A DNA stretch of 63,077 nucleotides, the filler included, from an uncultured bacterium (GTDB taxonomy: Bacteria > Latescibacterota > UBA2968), in assembly GCA_964471275.1 (NCBI GenBank). It is 11 parts of 11 records of this genome, joined end to end, with 100 filler letters (N's around TTAATTAATTAA, not from the genome) between each part and the next. Parts side by side here need not be neighbours in the genome. Positions count along the whole stretch, not along the records: positions 29,280 to 34,890 come from CAYYGZ010000274.1; positions 34,991 to 40,598 come from CAYYGZ010000275.1; 9 more parts are not named here. One strand, given 5' to 3'. A program made the position numbers and the translations under genes. Each line of letters starts with the position of its first letter. The first letter of the stretch is position 1. This document shows, one piece after another, positions 29,331 through 38,373 of this stretch. Below the pieces are notes generated by a model that worked only from the letters and a program-made list of their open reading frames with translations, ran no database searches and was not told the DNA's origin.

Positions 29331-30680
29331 CTAGCCTCTTGCCTCCGCCTCCGACACCTTCCGCTGACCGCTCCGCTTCGCTTCAGCCTGCACGATCGCG
29401 GGCTCATCCTCCCCTGCCTCTTTCATCCGGCGGACAAGCCGTTCTCGCATCACGTCTCTCACGATCCTGTGCGGTTCTGAGTTGACCAGGTTCGTCAATT
29501 CGTACGGATCGACCTGCAGGTCATACAGATACTGTTCCACATACGTGTCAGACCCGGAATCCTTCCCTCCGTGCTTCTCCGGGGCATCGACCCCATACTT
29601 CCACCGCTTTGTGCGAACGGCCCGCCCGACCTGCGCCTCGCTGACCTGAATAAACGCTTCCTCGGGCCAGCCTTCTGAATCCCCGGCCAACAGCGGCAGA
29701 ATAGACTTCCCCTGCATGCCATCGGGCACATCGATACCCGCAGCATCGAGCAGCGTGGGTGGAAGGTCGATGAGGCTCACCATCTCAGTCACCTGTCCTC
29801 TGCCCGTGAAGCCTGGGCCATGGAAGGCCGTCGGCACGTGCACCGAGCTTTCGTGGCACGAACGTTTGTACTCGCTGTTGCGCGTCTTGAAGTGACAGCC
29901 GTGATCCGACGTAAACATCACGATCGTGTCTTCTGCTAGGTCGAGACTCTTGAGCGCATCCATCACGCGTCCAAGAGCTTCGTCGAGCCGCTTGACCATG
30001 CCGTAGTAGCCACCCAGATGCTGATGTGTCGATCCACCGAGGGCCGCAAGATCGGGGGGTATCCAGCCACCGGTGTAGCGTTCACGGTATCCGTCCGGGG
30101 GTGGATAGTCATCCAGGTGGTTCTGGTGATGCGGTTCGATGAACGACGAAAAAAGGAAGAATGGCTCGGACTGGTGCTCATCTATATACTGGATCATCGC
30201 ATCCGTCTGGCCGTCTACCCGGTAACCGGGTAGTTTTCGAGGCTGATTTTCCTTGTCATACATCACCAGATCGTATGCATCCGACGTGAACTCGAGCAGG
30301 TTGGAGCCGAGCCAGTAGTCATACCCGCCACGCTGGTCCTCAGGCACCGGTTCCTGATCCGCGAGGTGCCACTTGCCGATGTAGCCGGTGGCATACCCCG
30401 CGTCGCTGAAATGATGCGCAAGTGTCTTCGAGTCTGCGGGGAGCGGGATGCTGTTCTTAAAGCATCCCGTCGTCGTCGCGTAGAGCCCGGTCTGCAGACA
30501 GGACCTAGCAGGACCGCATACGGGCTGGCACGTGATCGAGTTGGCGATATGTGTTCCCCTCGTGGCCATCGCATCGAAGTTGGGCGTAAGATCCATCGGA
30601 TTCCCGTGTATGCCCGTCGTATCCCAACGTTGCTGGTCCGAAAAGAACACAATCACATTCGGTCTTCTACCCGTCATCAT
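29331..30680 (-). CDS. Formylglycine-dependent (S1) sulfatase
   Basis: RPNVIVFFSDQQR, CGPAR (CxPxR), GKWHL, TSDHG, LYDL..DPYE..NL; GGAGG RBS. Confidence 0.94.
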   Translation of the reverse strand: MMTGRRPNVIVFFSDQQRWDTTGIHGNPMDLTPNFDAMATRGTHIANSITCQPVCGPARSCLQTGLYATTTGCFKNSIPLPADSKTLAHHFSDAGYATGYIGKWHLADQEPVPEDQRGGYDYWLGSNLLEFTSDAYDLVMYDKENQPRKLPGYRVDGQTDAMIQYIDEHQSEPFFLFSSFIEPHHQNHLDDYPPPDGYRERYTGGWIPPDLAALGGSTHQHLGGYYGMVKRLDEALGRVMDALKSLDLAEDTIVMFTSDHGCHFKTRNSEYKRSCHESSVHVPTAFHGPGFTGRGQVTEMVSLIDLPPTLLDAAGIDVPDGMQGKSILPLLAGDSEGWPEEAFIQVSEAQVGRAVRTKRWKYGVDAPEKHGGKDSGSDTYVEQYLYDLQVDPYELTNLVNSEPHRIVRDVMRERLVRRMKEAGEDEPAIVQAEAKRSGQRKVSEAEARG

Positions 30681-30793
30681 TCCTCCAATCATCACAAAAA
30701 GTGCCCGTCGACGTGATCGCTCGACGGGCAATATAGACATCTCTTTGAGCGGTGCAACATTCGCCTCTCAACACTCGGCCTTCTCTCCTTGCC

Positions 30794-31858
30794 CTACGGT
30801 CCCCAGCGCGGATACCGCCCATTGACCGGCTGATCCTCCAGGAGATAGATATTCGAACCGTCCGCGTTCATAACGGCGATGTTTGTGACAGAGAAGAGCT
30901 GATTGATCGTGAAGTCGTGGAACTCGAAAGCGATGTGCCTCCCATCGGGCGACCACGTCGGAAACCGCGAGGCATCACTGTCGCCGACACCGACAGTCAG
31001 ACGCCGAGGATTCGTACCGTCCGCATTCATCAGGTAGATCTCGAAATCCCCGATCGTCGCTGTCGCCGAAACCTCCTGATGAGCTGTGCTCTCGTAGGCA
31101 ATTGTCTGACCATCCGGTGCGAACATCCCTGCCGAATTCTGGAATCCGATGCCTTCGGTAAGCACTACACGTCCTGAGCCGTCAGGGTTGACGACGACAA
31201 GATTCGTTCCGCTGCTCGATGCATCCTGGCCAACGGTCGTTGTCTGAAACAGCACGCGGCTACCGTCCGGAGACCACGACGCCAATTCGTCATCACCCGG
31301 TGAACTCGTGAGATTCGTAGTGACATTCGTCGCGATGTCATAGAGGTATACGTCGAAACCGTTCACGGCATCTGTCGTCGATTGGAAGACGACTTTCGAC
31401 CCGTCAGGTGACCACGAGGGGGCAAAATCGCCGCTCGACGGTCCGGCAACCAGGGCGGCAAGTCCCGACCCGTCCGCATTGACCGAGTAGATGTCCCATT
31501 CGGCGTTGCCCATTTGGTTTGACGCGACCACCAACCGATCGCCGGTCGGACTCCAGGAAGGCCCCGTGTAGCTGAATGGGTCTGCGTTGGGGAAGAGATT
31601 CGTTGTGTTCGAGCCATTCGGAGCTGTCACGAACAGGTGAACGGCAAGGAAATCATTGTTGACCTCACCCAGATAGACGATCCGGCCGATCATTCCGGCC
31701 GGCGGAGTCGTTGCCAGGTTTTCGGTGGGCGACGGCGGCGGCGGACCGGGATCGGGCGCCGGAGTCGATTCCGGGTAGTCAATCTGGAGATTATCACCAC
31801 CGCAGGCAATGGCAAGCAGACTGATCATAAACGGCAGGATGTAGCGTAGACTTTGCAT
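30794..31858 (-). CDS. TolB-like/PD40-repeat beta-propeller lipoprotein
   Basis: Lipobox LAIAC, Pro-rich linker, repeated PSWSPDG..IAF and ADG.N motifs. Confidence 0.88.
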   Translation of the reverse strand: MQSLRYILPFMISLLAIACGGDNLQIDYPESTPAPDPGPPPPSPTENLATTPPAGMIGRIVYLGEVNNDFLAVHLFVTAPNGSNTTNLFPNADPFSYTGPSWSPTGDRLVVASNQMGNAEWDIYSVNADGSGLAALVAGPSSGDFAPSWSPDGSKVVFQSTTDAVNGFDVYLYDIATNVTTNLTSSPGDDELASWSPDGSRVLFQTTTVGQDASSSGTNLVVVNPDGSGRVVLTEGIGFQNSAGMFAPDGQTIAYESTAHQEVSATATIGDFEIYLMNADGTNPRRLTVGVGDSDASRFPTWSPDGRHIAFEFHDFTINQLFSVTNIAVMNADGSNIYLLEDQPVNGRYPRWGP

Positions 31859-32000
31859 TCACGTCTCTCTATGTTGGCTGTCTTCACGAGGATCGACAAA
31901 ATGTCCGTAATTGGCACACATCGGGCAAGCTTTGGTTGGATGAAAACCCGTGACGCTCTCGGAAGCGAAGACTATCTTAGCGCCTGGCGGGAGCAAATTC

Positions 32001-33275
32001 ATGAAATACGATACCAGCAAAATACTAGAAAAAGCCGGCACATACCTTGTAGGAGCCACGCTGGGAATGTTCAAGCTGCCCGGCGACCACCAGATGGTGA
32101 TCGACCGCGGTGACGGGTGCCGCGTGTGGGATCTCGAAGGTCGCGAATATATCGACTATGTCCTCGGCTCGGGACCCATGATTCTCGGACACGCACATCC
32201 GACCGTGTCGAAAGCTGTGACTGATCAGGCTGCTCGTGGATCCACCTTCTACGGCCTGAATCGGCCCGCGATCGAACTCGCCGAAAGACTCGTCGGGGCC
32301 TCCCCTTGCGCCGACCAGGTCCGGTTTACCACATCCGGCACAGACGCGACCTTCTCTGCAATCAGATTGGCCAGAGCATATACGGGTCGCGAGAAGATTC
32401 TCAAGTTCGACGGGGGATGGCACGGAGGTCACGATTACGCGCAGCAGGATGCAGACCCGGCCCGGCCCGGCTTCAGCCGTCCGATATCCGATGGCATCCC
32501 TCGAGCAGCGACGGATACGGTCCTGTCGTGTGACTTCAACGATCTCGCAGCCGCCACAGAACTGATCGGGGCCCACGCCCAGGATCTGGCAGCAGTCATT
32601 GTTGAACCGCTCCAACGTGCGATTCCCCCGGTTGAGGGCTTCCTTCCAGGACTGCGAGAGGTCGCCCGAGAAAATGGCGTCCTGCTGATTCTGGATGAGA
32701 TCGTGACCGGGTTTCGGCTTGCCTGGGGAGGCGCTCAGGAGTATTACGGCGTGTCACCGGATCTGGTCGTGTATGGCAAGACGATCAGTGGCGGCTACCC
32801 TTTTTCTGCCATTTGCGGCAGGGAAGACATCATGACGTGTGCGGCCCCCGAACGCAAAGGCGCAGGATCGTATGCTTTCATCAGCGGAACGTTCAATGGG
32901 AACCCCGTCAGCTGCGCCGCAGGTCTCGCCACGCTGACCCAGCTCGAGCAGCCCGGCACATACGACCATCTGCACGGAATCTCCCGACAACTTGCTTCGG
33001 GGCTCGAGACAATCGGACATGATCTGGGTCTGCCGTTGCAGATTCTCGGGGCAGGGCCGGTCCTGCAGCCCTTCTTCAGTGACCACCCGATCCGTACACA
33101 CGCAGAGTCTCAGGATACAGATCTCGCAAGACAGAAAGCCTTCGGGCTTGGGATGCTCAAAAAAGGATACTTCATCAATCCCACTGGTAAGCTATATTTA
33201 TCGACACAACACACCACCGAGACCGTTGACCGGACGCTGGACGCCGCCAGTTCGGTACTGGCTGGGCTTGCTTAG
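32001..33275 (+). CDS. Class III PLP aminotransferase (glutamate-1-semialdehyde aminomutase-like)
   Basis: WDLEGREYIDY..G.GP.ILGH, SGT.A, ILDEIVTGFR, YGKTISGGYP, SGTFNGNP. Confidence 0.88.
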   Translation: MKYDTSKILEKAGTYLVGATLGMFKLPGDHQMVIDRGDGCRVWDLEGREYIDYVLGSGPMILGHAHPTVSKAVTDQAARGSTFYGLNRPAIELAERLVGASPCADQVRFTTSGTDATFSAIRLARAYTGREKILKFDGGWHGGHDYAQQDADPARPGFSRPISDGIPRAATDTVLSCDFNDLAAATELIGAHAQDLAAVIVEPLQRAIPPVEGFLPGLREVARENGVLLILDEIVTGFRLAWGGAQEYYGVSPDLVVYGKTISGGYPFSAICGREDIMTCAAPERKGAGSYAFISGTFNGNPVSCAAGLATLTQLEQPGTYDHLHGISRQLASGLETIGHDLGLPLQILGAGPVLQPFFSDHPIRTHAESQDTDLARQKAFGLGMLKKGYFINPTGKLYLSTQHTTETVDRTLDAASSVLAGLA

Positions 33276-33307
33276 GTAAAGTCAACTCCCAATCGGAGGA
33301 CACCCAC

Positions 33308-33988
33308 GTGGGACTGATCACACTATCGAGACAATACGGCAGCGATGGAAGATCTGTAGGATTGAAGGTCGCTGAACTGCTGGACTATCATCATGTGAAC
33401 AAGGAAATCATCTCGCAGGTAGCGGAAGAAGCGAACGTTCCGGTCTCCGAGGTCGAACGGTTCGATGAGAAACCAGAATCCGCTGCCCTCCGCGTACTCA
33501 AGAAGTTCCTCGCGCCAAACTACAGTGGCCTGGGACCCGAGCTTGCCGAACACGATTGGTGGACGGCGACAACGCTTTCCGGTACGCTCCCATCGACACA
33601 CCAGAGCCTGTTCCTTGATGAAGACGTCTATGTGCGGCTGACCCGAACGGTAATCCAGAAACTGAGCGAACGGGATGATCTCGTCATTCTGGGACGCGGT
33701 GCGATGGCGCTTCTGAAAGATCGCAAGGATACGCTCCACATACGGATTGTGGCACCCAAGGAGCACCGTATTAGAACGGCTGCCGAACGCGATTCTCTGG
33801 ACGTCGACACTGCCCGGAAAGAGGTGGATCGGATCGACGAGAGTCGGAAGACCTACCTAAAACGGCACTACAACATCGATTGGTCTTGCGCAGACCAGTA
33901 TCACGTTGTCGTGAACACAGAACAGCTGGGCGTCGATGGGGCAGCACACCTGATCGCGGAGGCTGCAAAACACCTTCCCTTCGACTGA
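33308..33988 (+). CDS. Cytidylate kinase-like family protein
   Basis: ITLSRQYGS.G, VILGRG, LHIRIVAP...R, D..R..Y...Y. Confidence 0.88.
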   Translation: MGLITLSRQYGSDGRSVGLKVAELLDYHHVNKEIISQVAEEANVPVSEVERFDEKPESAALRVLKKFLAPNYSGLGPELAEHDWWTATTLSGTLPSTHQSLFLDEDVYVRLTRTVIQKLSERDDLVILGRGAMALLKDRKDTLHIRIVAPKEHRIRTAAERDSLDVDTARKEVDRIDESRKTYLKRHYNIDWSCADQYHVVVNTEQLGVDGAAHLIAEAAKHLPFD

Positions 33989-34639
33989 TACGTCAGAATA
34001 GGGCTAAACTTCCTGACGGATACGCCGATGGTATCACTGTAGAGTCACGTTTCACCCAATCGGTGCCGAAAACAGGACAACCCAGCAGTCTCCTCCCGAA
34101 AGCCGCATCAATAGGACGTTTTCGGACATGTCAGGTTCCCCCCCCCTATTTACGGCGGCCACACAGGTTATGGGATGACCTCCCTCTCTCTGCTGGACAA
34201 GACCGCCCAGCTGATAGAGGAAGTTGTCAATTTCCAGACTCAGGTCCGTGACTACTCGGCTCCTTCGATGAGTCTTGCATCCTCGGCACCCAACGTACCC
34301 CTCGCGGAAATGCGACCAAGCATAGACGTTCAGGCCTAGAGCAATCAGGCCCCCCAACTGAACACTATTGCCCGGACGGAACAGGACTTGCTTGCTCTCT
34401 CTGCCAGGCAGGACAGTGTGGGTTTGGCCGCCCTATTGGCTCAATGACAGCACACCTGTTGCTAACAGGCACAGTTTCACCCTCCCTAGCACGAACACCA
34501 TACGTGCCGTAACCAGGCCCGGAAGGACAACCCGAGACGATGGCTCTTGAAAGAAGAGCGCTTGCACGCACTCGCAGGGCCCTAGGGTGTTCTGGAACGC
34601 CTAGCCGATCGAGTCGTCCAACCTGCAATGAGATCGCGA

Positions 34640-34890
34640 ATGAGAGTAAGGAATCTGCCCATCTTAATGCTGCTCGTCTGTGTGCCTTCCTCCTCCTGGG
34701 GACAACACGACATTCCGCTCGATATGTCTCAGGGCTGGATCCGGCGGGACTGGCAGGAATGTGCGGACCGGTCGGTTATGCGTAATGATCAGGATCGGCT
34801 CCAGATCTCAACAGACAGATCAGCCGCCCTATACTGGCAGGTGCCCACCAAATCCGGTCCACTGGCGATCGACACGAGCCAGGGCTGGAT
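34640..34890 (+). CDS. Secreted hypothetical protein, N-terminal fragment
   Basis: Signal-peptide-like start MRVRNLPILMLLVCVPSSSWG; frame open to the contig end. Confidence 0.5.
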
Positions 34891-34990
34891 NNNNNNNNNN
34901 NNNNNNNNNNNNNNNNNNNNNNNNNNNNNNNNNNTTAATTAATTAANNNNNNNNNNNNNNNNNNNNNNNNNNNNNNNNNNNNNNNNNNNN

Positions 34991-35452
34991 CGGCATAGTG
35001 CTCAACGCGCCGGACTTCTGACAGAGCGAACACGCTGGGAGCTCAGAAAACGGCTTGCTTCCTCCGTGATCTCGCCCGCTCCTTCACCGAAGCAGGATGG
35101 CCAATCAAACGTGTGCTCACCGACCGAGGCAGCGAATTCAAGGCTGACTTCGATCTGGCCTGCGAGGACCTTGAAATCACATATACACGCACAAAGCCAC
35201 GGCGGCTTTGGACCAATGGCTTCGTCGAAAGACTGCAAAGCACCATCCGCCATGAACACTGGAGGATCGCCTTCAGAAGGCGCTACTTCACTACACAAGG
35301 ACAGCTTGAAGCTTCACTCCAACGCTTCCTCTACTTCTACAACGACGAACGGCCACACTTCGAATACCGAACCAAAGGACGAACACCCTCAGAGATTTTC
35401 TGGGAAGCTCAAAGGAGGACCTGAAGTGTCAACACCATTACGACACTGGACA
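34991..35452 (+). mobile_element. IS481-family insertion sequence, 3' part with partial DDE transposase (stop at 35424) and right terminal repeat
   Basis: RVLTDRGSEF, TKPRR.WTNGFVER...TI..E, YN.ERPH..., GRTP; terminal ...TGTCAACACCATTACGACACTGGACA. Confidence 0.9.
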
Positions 35453-35454
35453 TA

Positions 35455-36621
35455 CTAGACCGAGTAATCGAAAGGCGAAATACTCGACTCTGCCACGTCG
35501 ATCCCGAACCCCGGAGCATCGCTAGGAACCAGGTATCCATCTTCGGGCACGCTCTGCCAGTCCGGGCTCACTTCCCGCAGCGGAATCCCGGGCGCGGATC
35601 CCACGAAGCACTCGATCCACGGTGAATTCGTCGACGCGAACGTGAAGTGCTGACCGAACACGTTATTTGCCCCGCCGTGTAACAGCACCTGCAAACCGGC
35701 CGCTTCGGCCGCGTGTGCGATCTTGCGCGTGGGCGTCAGCCCACCGACCCAATTGATATCCGGCTGCAGGATATCCAGTGACCCGTCCCTGATGAGCCGC
35801 AAGTAGGGAAACGGGCTATACATGTGCTCACCCGAGGCTAGGGATATCCAGTTCACCGCCTCCCTGACCGCCTTGTGACCGTCGATGTCTTCGGGGATCA
35901 GATACTCCTCAATCCACTTGAGGTCATAGGGTCGAATCCGCTGCGCCAACCGGATGGTGTACTCGACGTCGAAGGCCATGTAGCAGTCCAGCATGATTTC
36001 CACACGGTTCCCAACCAGCTCTCGCGTCTTCGAAATGAGTTCCTCATTCTCGTCGATCCCCCTCACCCCGTCCGACGGACCATACGGGCACGCCAGCTTC
36101 ACAGCCTCGAACCCGAGTTCCAGCTGCCAATCCGTGTCGTTTCCCGTTGCATAGCTCTTGATCCTGTCCTGCGTCGGCCCCCCCAGCAGCTGGTACACGG
36201 GCTGCCCCATCAGCTTCCCGTTCAGATCCCACAGTGCCAGGTCAACTGCGCTCATCGCGCAGGACGCGATCCCCGAGCTGCCGTATGGCTTTGACATCCG
36301 AAACATCATATCCCAACAACGCTCGACCGCAAAACAGCTCTCACCGACCAGCATTGGCGCAAAATGATCGTCAACGACTGCAGCGACAGGGCGTCCAAAC
36401 GCGGTCTGACCCAACCCGTAGGTTCCGTCTTCCGCGATCACCTGCACCCAGACGGCACCCCATTTTTTCGGCATCCAGGACGGACGGTATCGCTTGTATT
36501 TCGGATATCGCGACATCGGGTTCGCGACTTCCGACTCTTTTGTCCACGGGTCACGCCGTCCCTTTGTCTGCACGCTGCTCGGAATGTCGACCTTGACCGC
36601 CCGAATCTCCTTGATCTTCAA
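35455..36621 (-). CDS. L-rhamnonate dehydratase-like enolase-superfamily (mandelate racemase group) enzyme
   Basis: ANPMSRYP.Y, SAVDLALWDL.GK, MLDCYM, WIEE, SGEH, QPDI.W.GG; TTG start after GAGGAG. Confidence 0.85.
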   Translation of the reverse strand: MKIKEIRAVKVDIPSSVQTKGRRDPWTKESEVANPMSRYPKYKRYRPSWMPKKWGAVWVQVIAEDGTYGLGQTAFGRPVAAVVDDHFAPMLVGESCFAVERCWDMMFRMSKPYGSSGIASCAMSAVDLALWDLNGKLMGQPVYQLLGGPTQDRIKSYATGNDTDWQLELGFEAVKLACPYGPSDGVRGIDENEELISKTRELVGNRVEIMLDCYMAFDVEYTIRLAQRIRPYDLKWIEEYLIPEDIDGHKAVREAVNWISLASGEHMYSPFPYLRLIRDGSLDILQPDINWVGGLTPTRKIAHAAEAAGLQVLLHGGANNVFGQHFTFASTNSPWIECFVGSAPGIPLREVSPDWQSVPEDGYLVPSDAPGFGIDVAESSISPFDYSV

Positions 36622-36761
36622 CTCTGTCTCCTCCTCTTTGCTCGCTTCCTGGCTTCCTCCCACTTCACGCACAGCGAGAAGATCTTTCCCTCAAAACAGC
36701 GCACCTTCCCCAGCTTCTTCTTGCACGCTCTGCATATAATCGGACTATCTGCCATGTCCAT
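36618..36761 (-). CDS. Putative 47-aa basic Cys-rich small protein
   Basis: MDMADSPIICRACKKKLGKVRCFEGKIFSLCVKWEEARKRAKRRRQS*; its TGA overlaps the TTG start of the dehydratase. Confidence 0.4.
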   Translation of the reverse strand: MDMADSPIICRACKKKLGKVRCFEGKIFSLCVKWEEARKRAKRRRQS

Positions 36762-36954
36762 CGCCTGCGCAGCAAGATCCCTCTCTCGTCACAACGGGAG
36801 AGGGATTACACCGGCCCCGCCGGAGTCAGGGTGAGGGTCGCCAGCAGCACCGAATCGTCCTCGACCATCGGGCTTACACGATCAGCAATTCCAGTCGTCC
36901 CTCGACATACCGTCCATCAATGATCCGAACGCACCCAATCCTCAATCCTCAGTT

Positions 36955-37965
36955 CTATTGGTCCAGCACCATCCGCAACAACGCCATCCGAATATAGAGC
37001 CCGTTGTGCGCCTGTCTGAAATAGGCTGCCCGAGGGTCCGAATCTACCTCTGCGGCAATCTCATCCACTCTTGGCAACGGGTGCATCACGATCGATTTCT
37101 CAGGCAGTGCCTCCATCGTCCGATCGTCGATTACATACTTCCCACTGGCCTTCTCGTAATCTTCGATCTCGTAATACAGTCGCCCCAAAGCCAACCAGGC
37201 CAACTCCACGACCTCGCTGTTTTCACTCTCTTCTAAGCCCGATACGGTCTCGAACTCACCGATGGCCGCCTGAAACTNNNNNNNNNNATACACGACGTCG
37301 ACCTCTCTCGAGACCGCGATCAGATCCTCTGCCTCCTCCCACTCGATCCTGTGATCGTCCAGATGGGCTTTGATGTCATCCTTCATCCGGACGACCTGGG
37401 GAGCGACAAAGTAGATCTTCACATTATCATACTTCGCCATCAGATACGTCAGCGATCGTGCGGTTCGTCCGTTAGCAAGATCCCCGACCATAGCGATCCG
37501 GATCCCATCCAATCGTCCGATTTCTTTTCGGATCGTGTAGACATCCAGTAGCGCTTGTGTGGGGTGCTGTCCTGGACCATCACCGGCGTTGATGATCGGT
37601 ATCGACGCGACATCTGCTGCACGCCGGGCCGCGCCGCTCTCGAAGTGCCTCATCACGATCACATCGCTATACCCCTCGATGATCCGGATAGTATCCTCGA
37701 GGGTCTCACCCTTCGCAGCGGACGAGAACTCCCTCGCACTTTCCGTAGTAATCACTTCGCCCCCAAGTCGGAACATCGCCGACTCAAAGGATAGCCGTGT
37801 TCGCGTGCTCGGCTCGTAGAACAGACTGGCCATGATTCGCTGGTTCAGAATGCTTGATCCGTAGCGGCTGACGACCTCCTCCATCTCCTTGGTTACTGCG
37901 AAAATTTCAGTCAGCAGATCGCGGTCAAATTGCTGTGCTTCGATCACGTGAAAAAGTTTGTCCAT
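36955..37965 (-). CDS. pyrB: Aspartate carbamoyltransferase catalytic subunit; contains an N-gap and an apparently foreign segment
   Basis: [54 protein letters not shown]. Confidence 0.95.
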   Translation of the reverse strand: MDKLFHVIEAQQFDRDLLTEIFAVTKEMEEVVSRYGSSILNQRIMASLFYEPSTRTRLSFESAMFRLGGEVITTESAREFSSAAKGETLEDTIRIIEGYSDVIVMRHFESGAARRAADVASIPIINAGDGPGQHPTQALLDVYTIRKEIGRLDGIRIAMVGDLANGRTARSLTYLMAKYDNVKIYFVAPQVVRMKDDIKAHLDDHRIEWEEAEDLIAVSREVDVVYXXXXFQAAIGEFETVSGLEESENSEVVELAWLALGRLYYEIEDYEKASGKYVIDDRTMEALPEKSIVMHPLPRVDEIAAEVDSDPRAAYFRQAHNGLYIRMALLRMVLDQ

Positions 37966-38002
37966 TGCTCCCCCGGGACGATCGAGCCTGGCTTCTGGAC
38001 AC

Positions 38003-38030
38003 AAAAAAGGCTCCCCCTTGTGGGGAAGCC
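38003..38030 (-). terminator. Intrinsic terminator/attenuator in the pyrB leader
   Basis: Minus strand GGCTTCCCC-ACAA-GGGGGAGCC-TTTTTT, ending about 40 nt before the pyrB ATG. Confidence 0.8.
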
Positions 38031-38147
38031 GCAGTGTGACCGGTGTAGGCCAGGCGATTCATGAAACGTCTTTGGATTCTTGTGATTGGATGAGTCCAGC
38101 CACGAAAAATATAAGGCCCGCGTGGAGCGAGCGGCAAGCAAAATCGG

Positions 38148-38175
38148 TTGACTCGGTCCTGCCTCTCGGTATCTT
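38148..38175 (+). promoter_or_regulatory. Putative sigma70 promoter for the riboswitch-glyA-folA unit
   Basis: TTGACT-16 nt-TATCTT. Confidence 0.5.
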
Positions 38176-38193
38176 CTTATGGACACGACCAGA

Positions 38194-38307
38194 GGGGACG
38201 AAGTAACTGGCGAAACGTGCGGAACCCATCTTGATCGGGGCCCACGGAGTGGAACCAACCACGATGAAACCTCGTCCCCGGATCCTGCCGAACGNNNNNN
38301 NNNNGCA
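38194..38307 (+). ncRNA. ZMP/ZTP (pfl) riboswitch
   Basis: P1 GGGGACG/CGTCCCC, conserved AACTGGCGAAA, P2 GTGG...CCAC, linker, then GCCGAACG[N-gap]GCA matching the GCCG..CGCCTGGGCA P3; lies upstream of glyA. Confidence 0.85.
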
Positions 38308-38373
38308 TTCATATCATAAGAGCCCGGGCTATATCTATTTCTACCTCAGCGTCCGGACTCCATCAGGAGGATC

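Noticed and set aside
32001..33275. Assigning the symbol hemL
   Set aside because: It is GSA-aminomutase-like but lacks the typical N-terminal PGGVNSPVR motif and any tetrapyrrole gene context.
34510..34535. CCAGGCCCGGAAGGACAACC as SRP RNA helix 8
   Set aside because: Lacks the AGCAG/AGCAA internal-loop partner and the long flanking helix.
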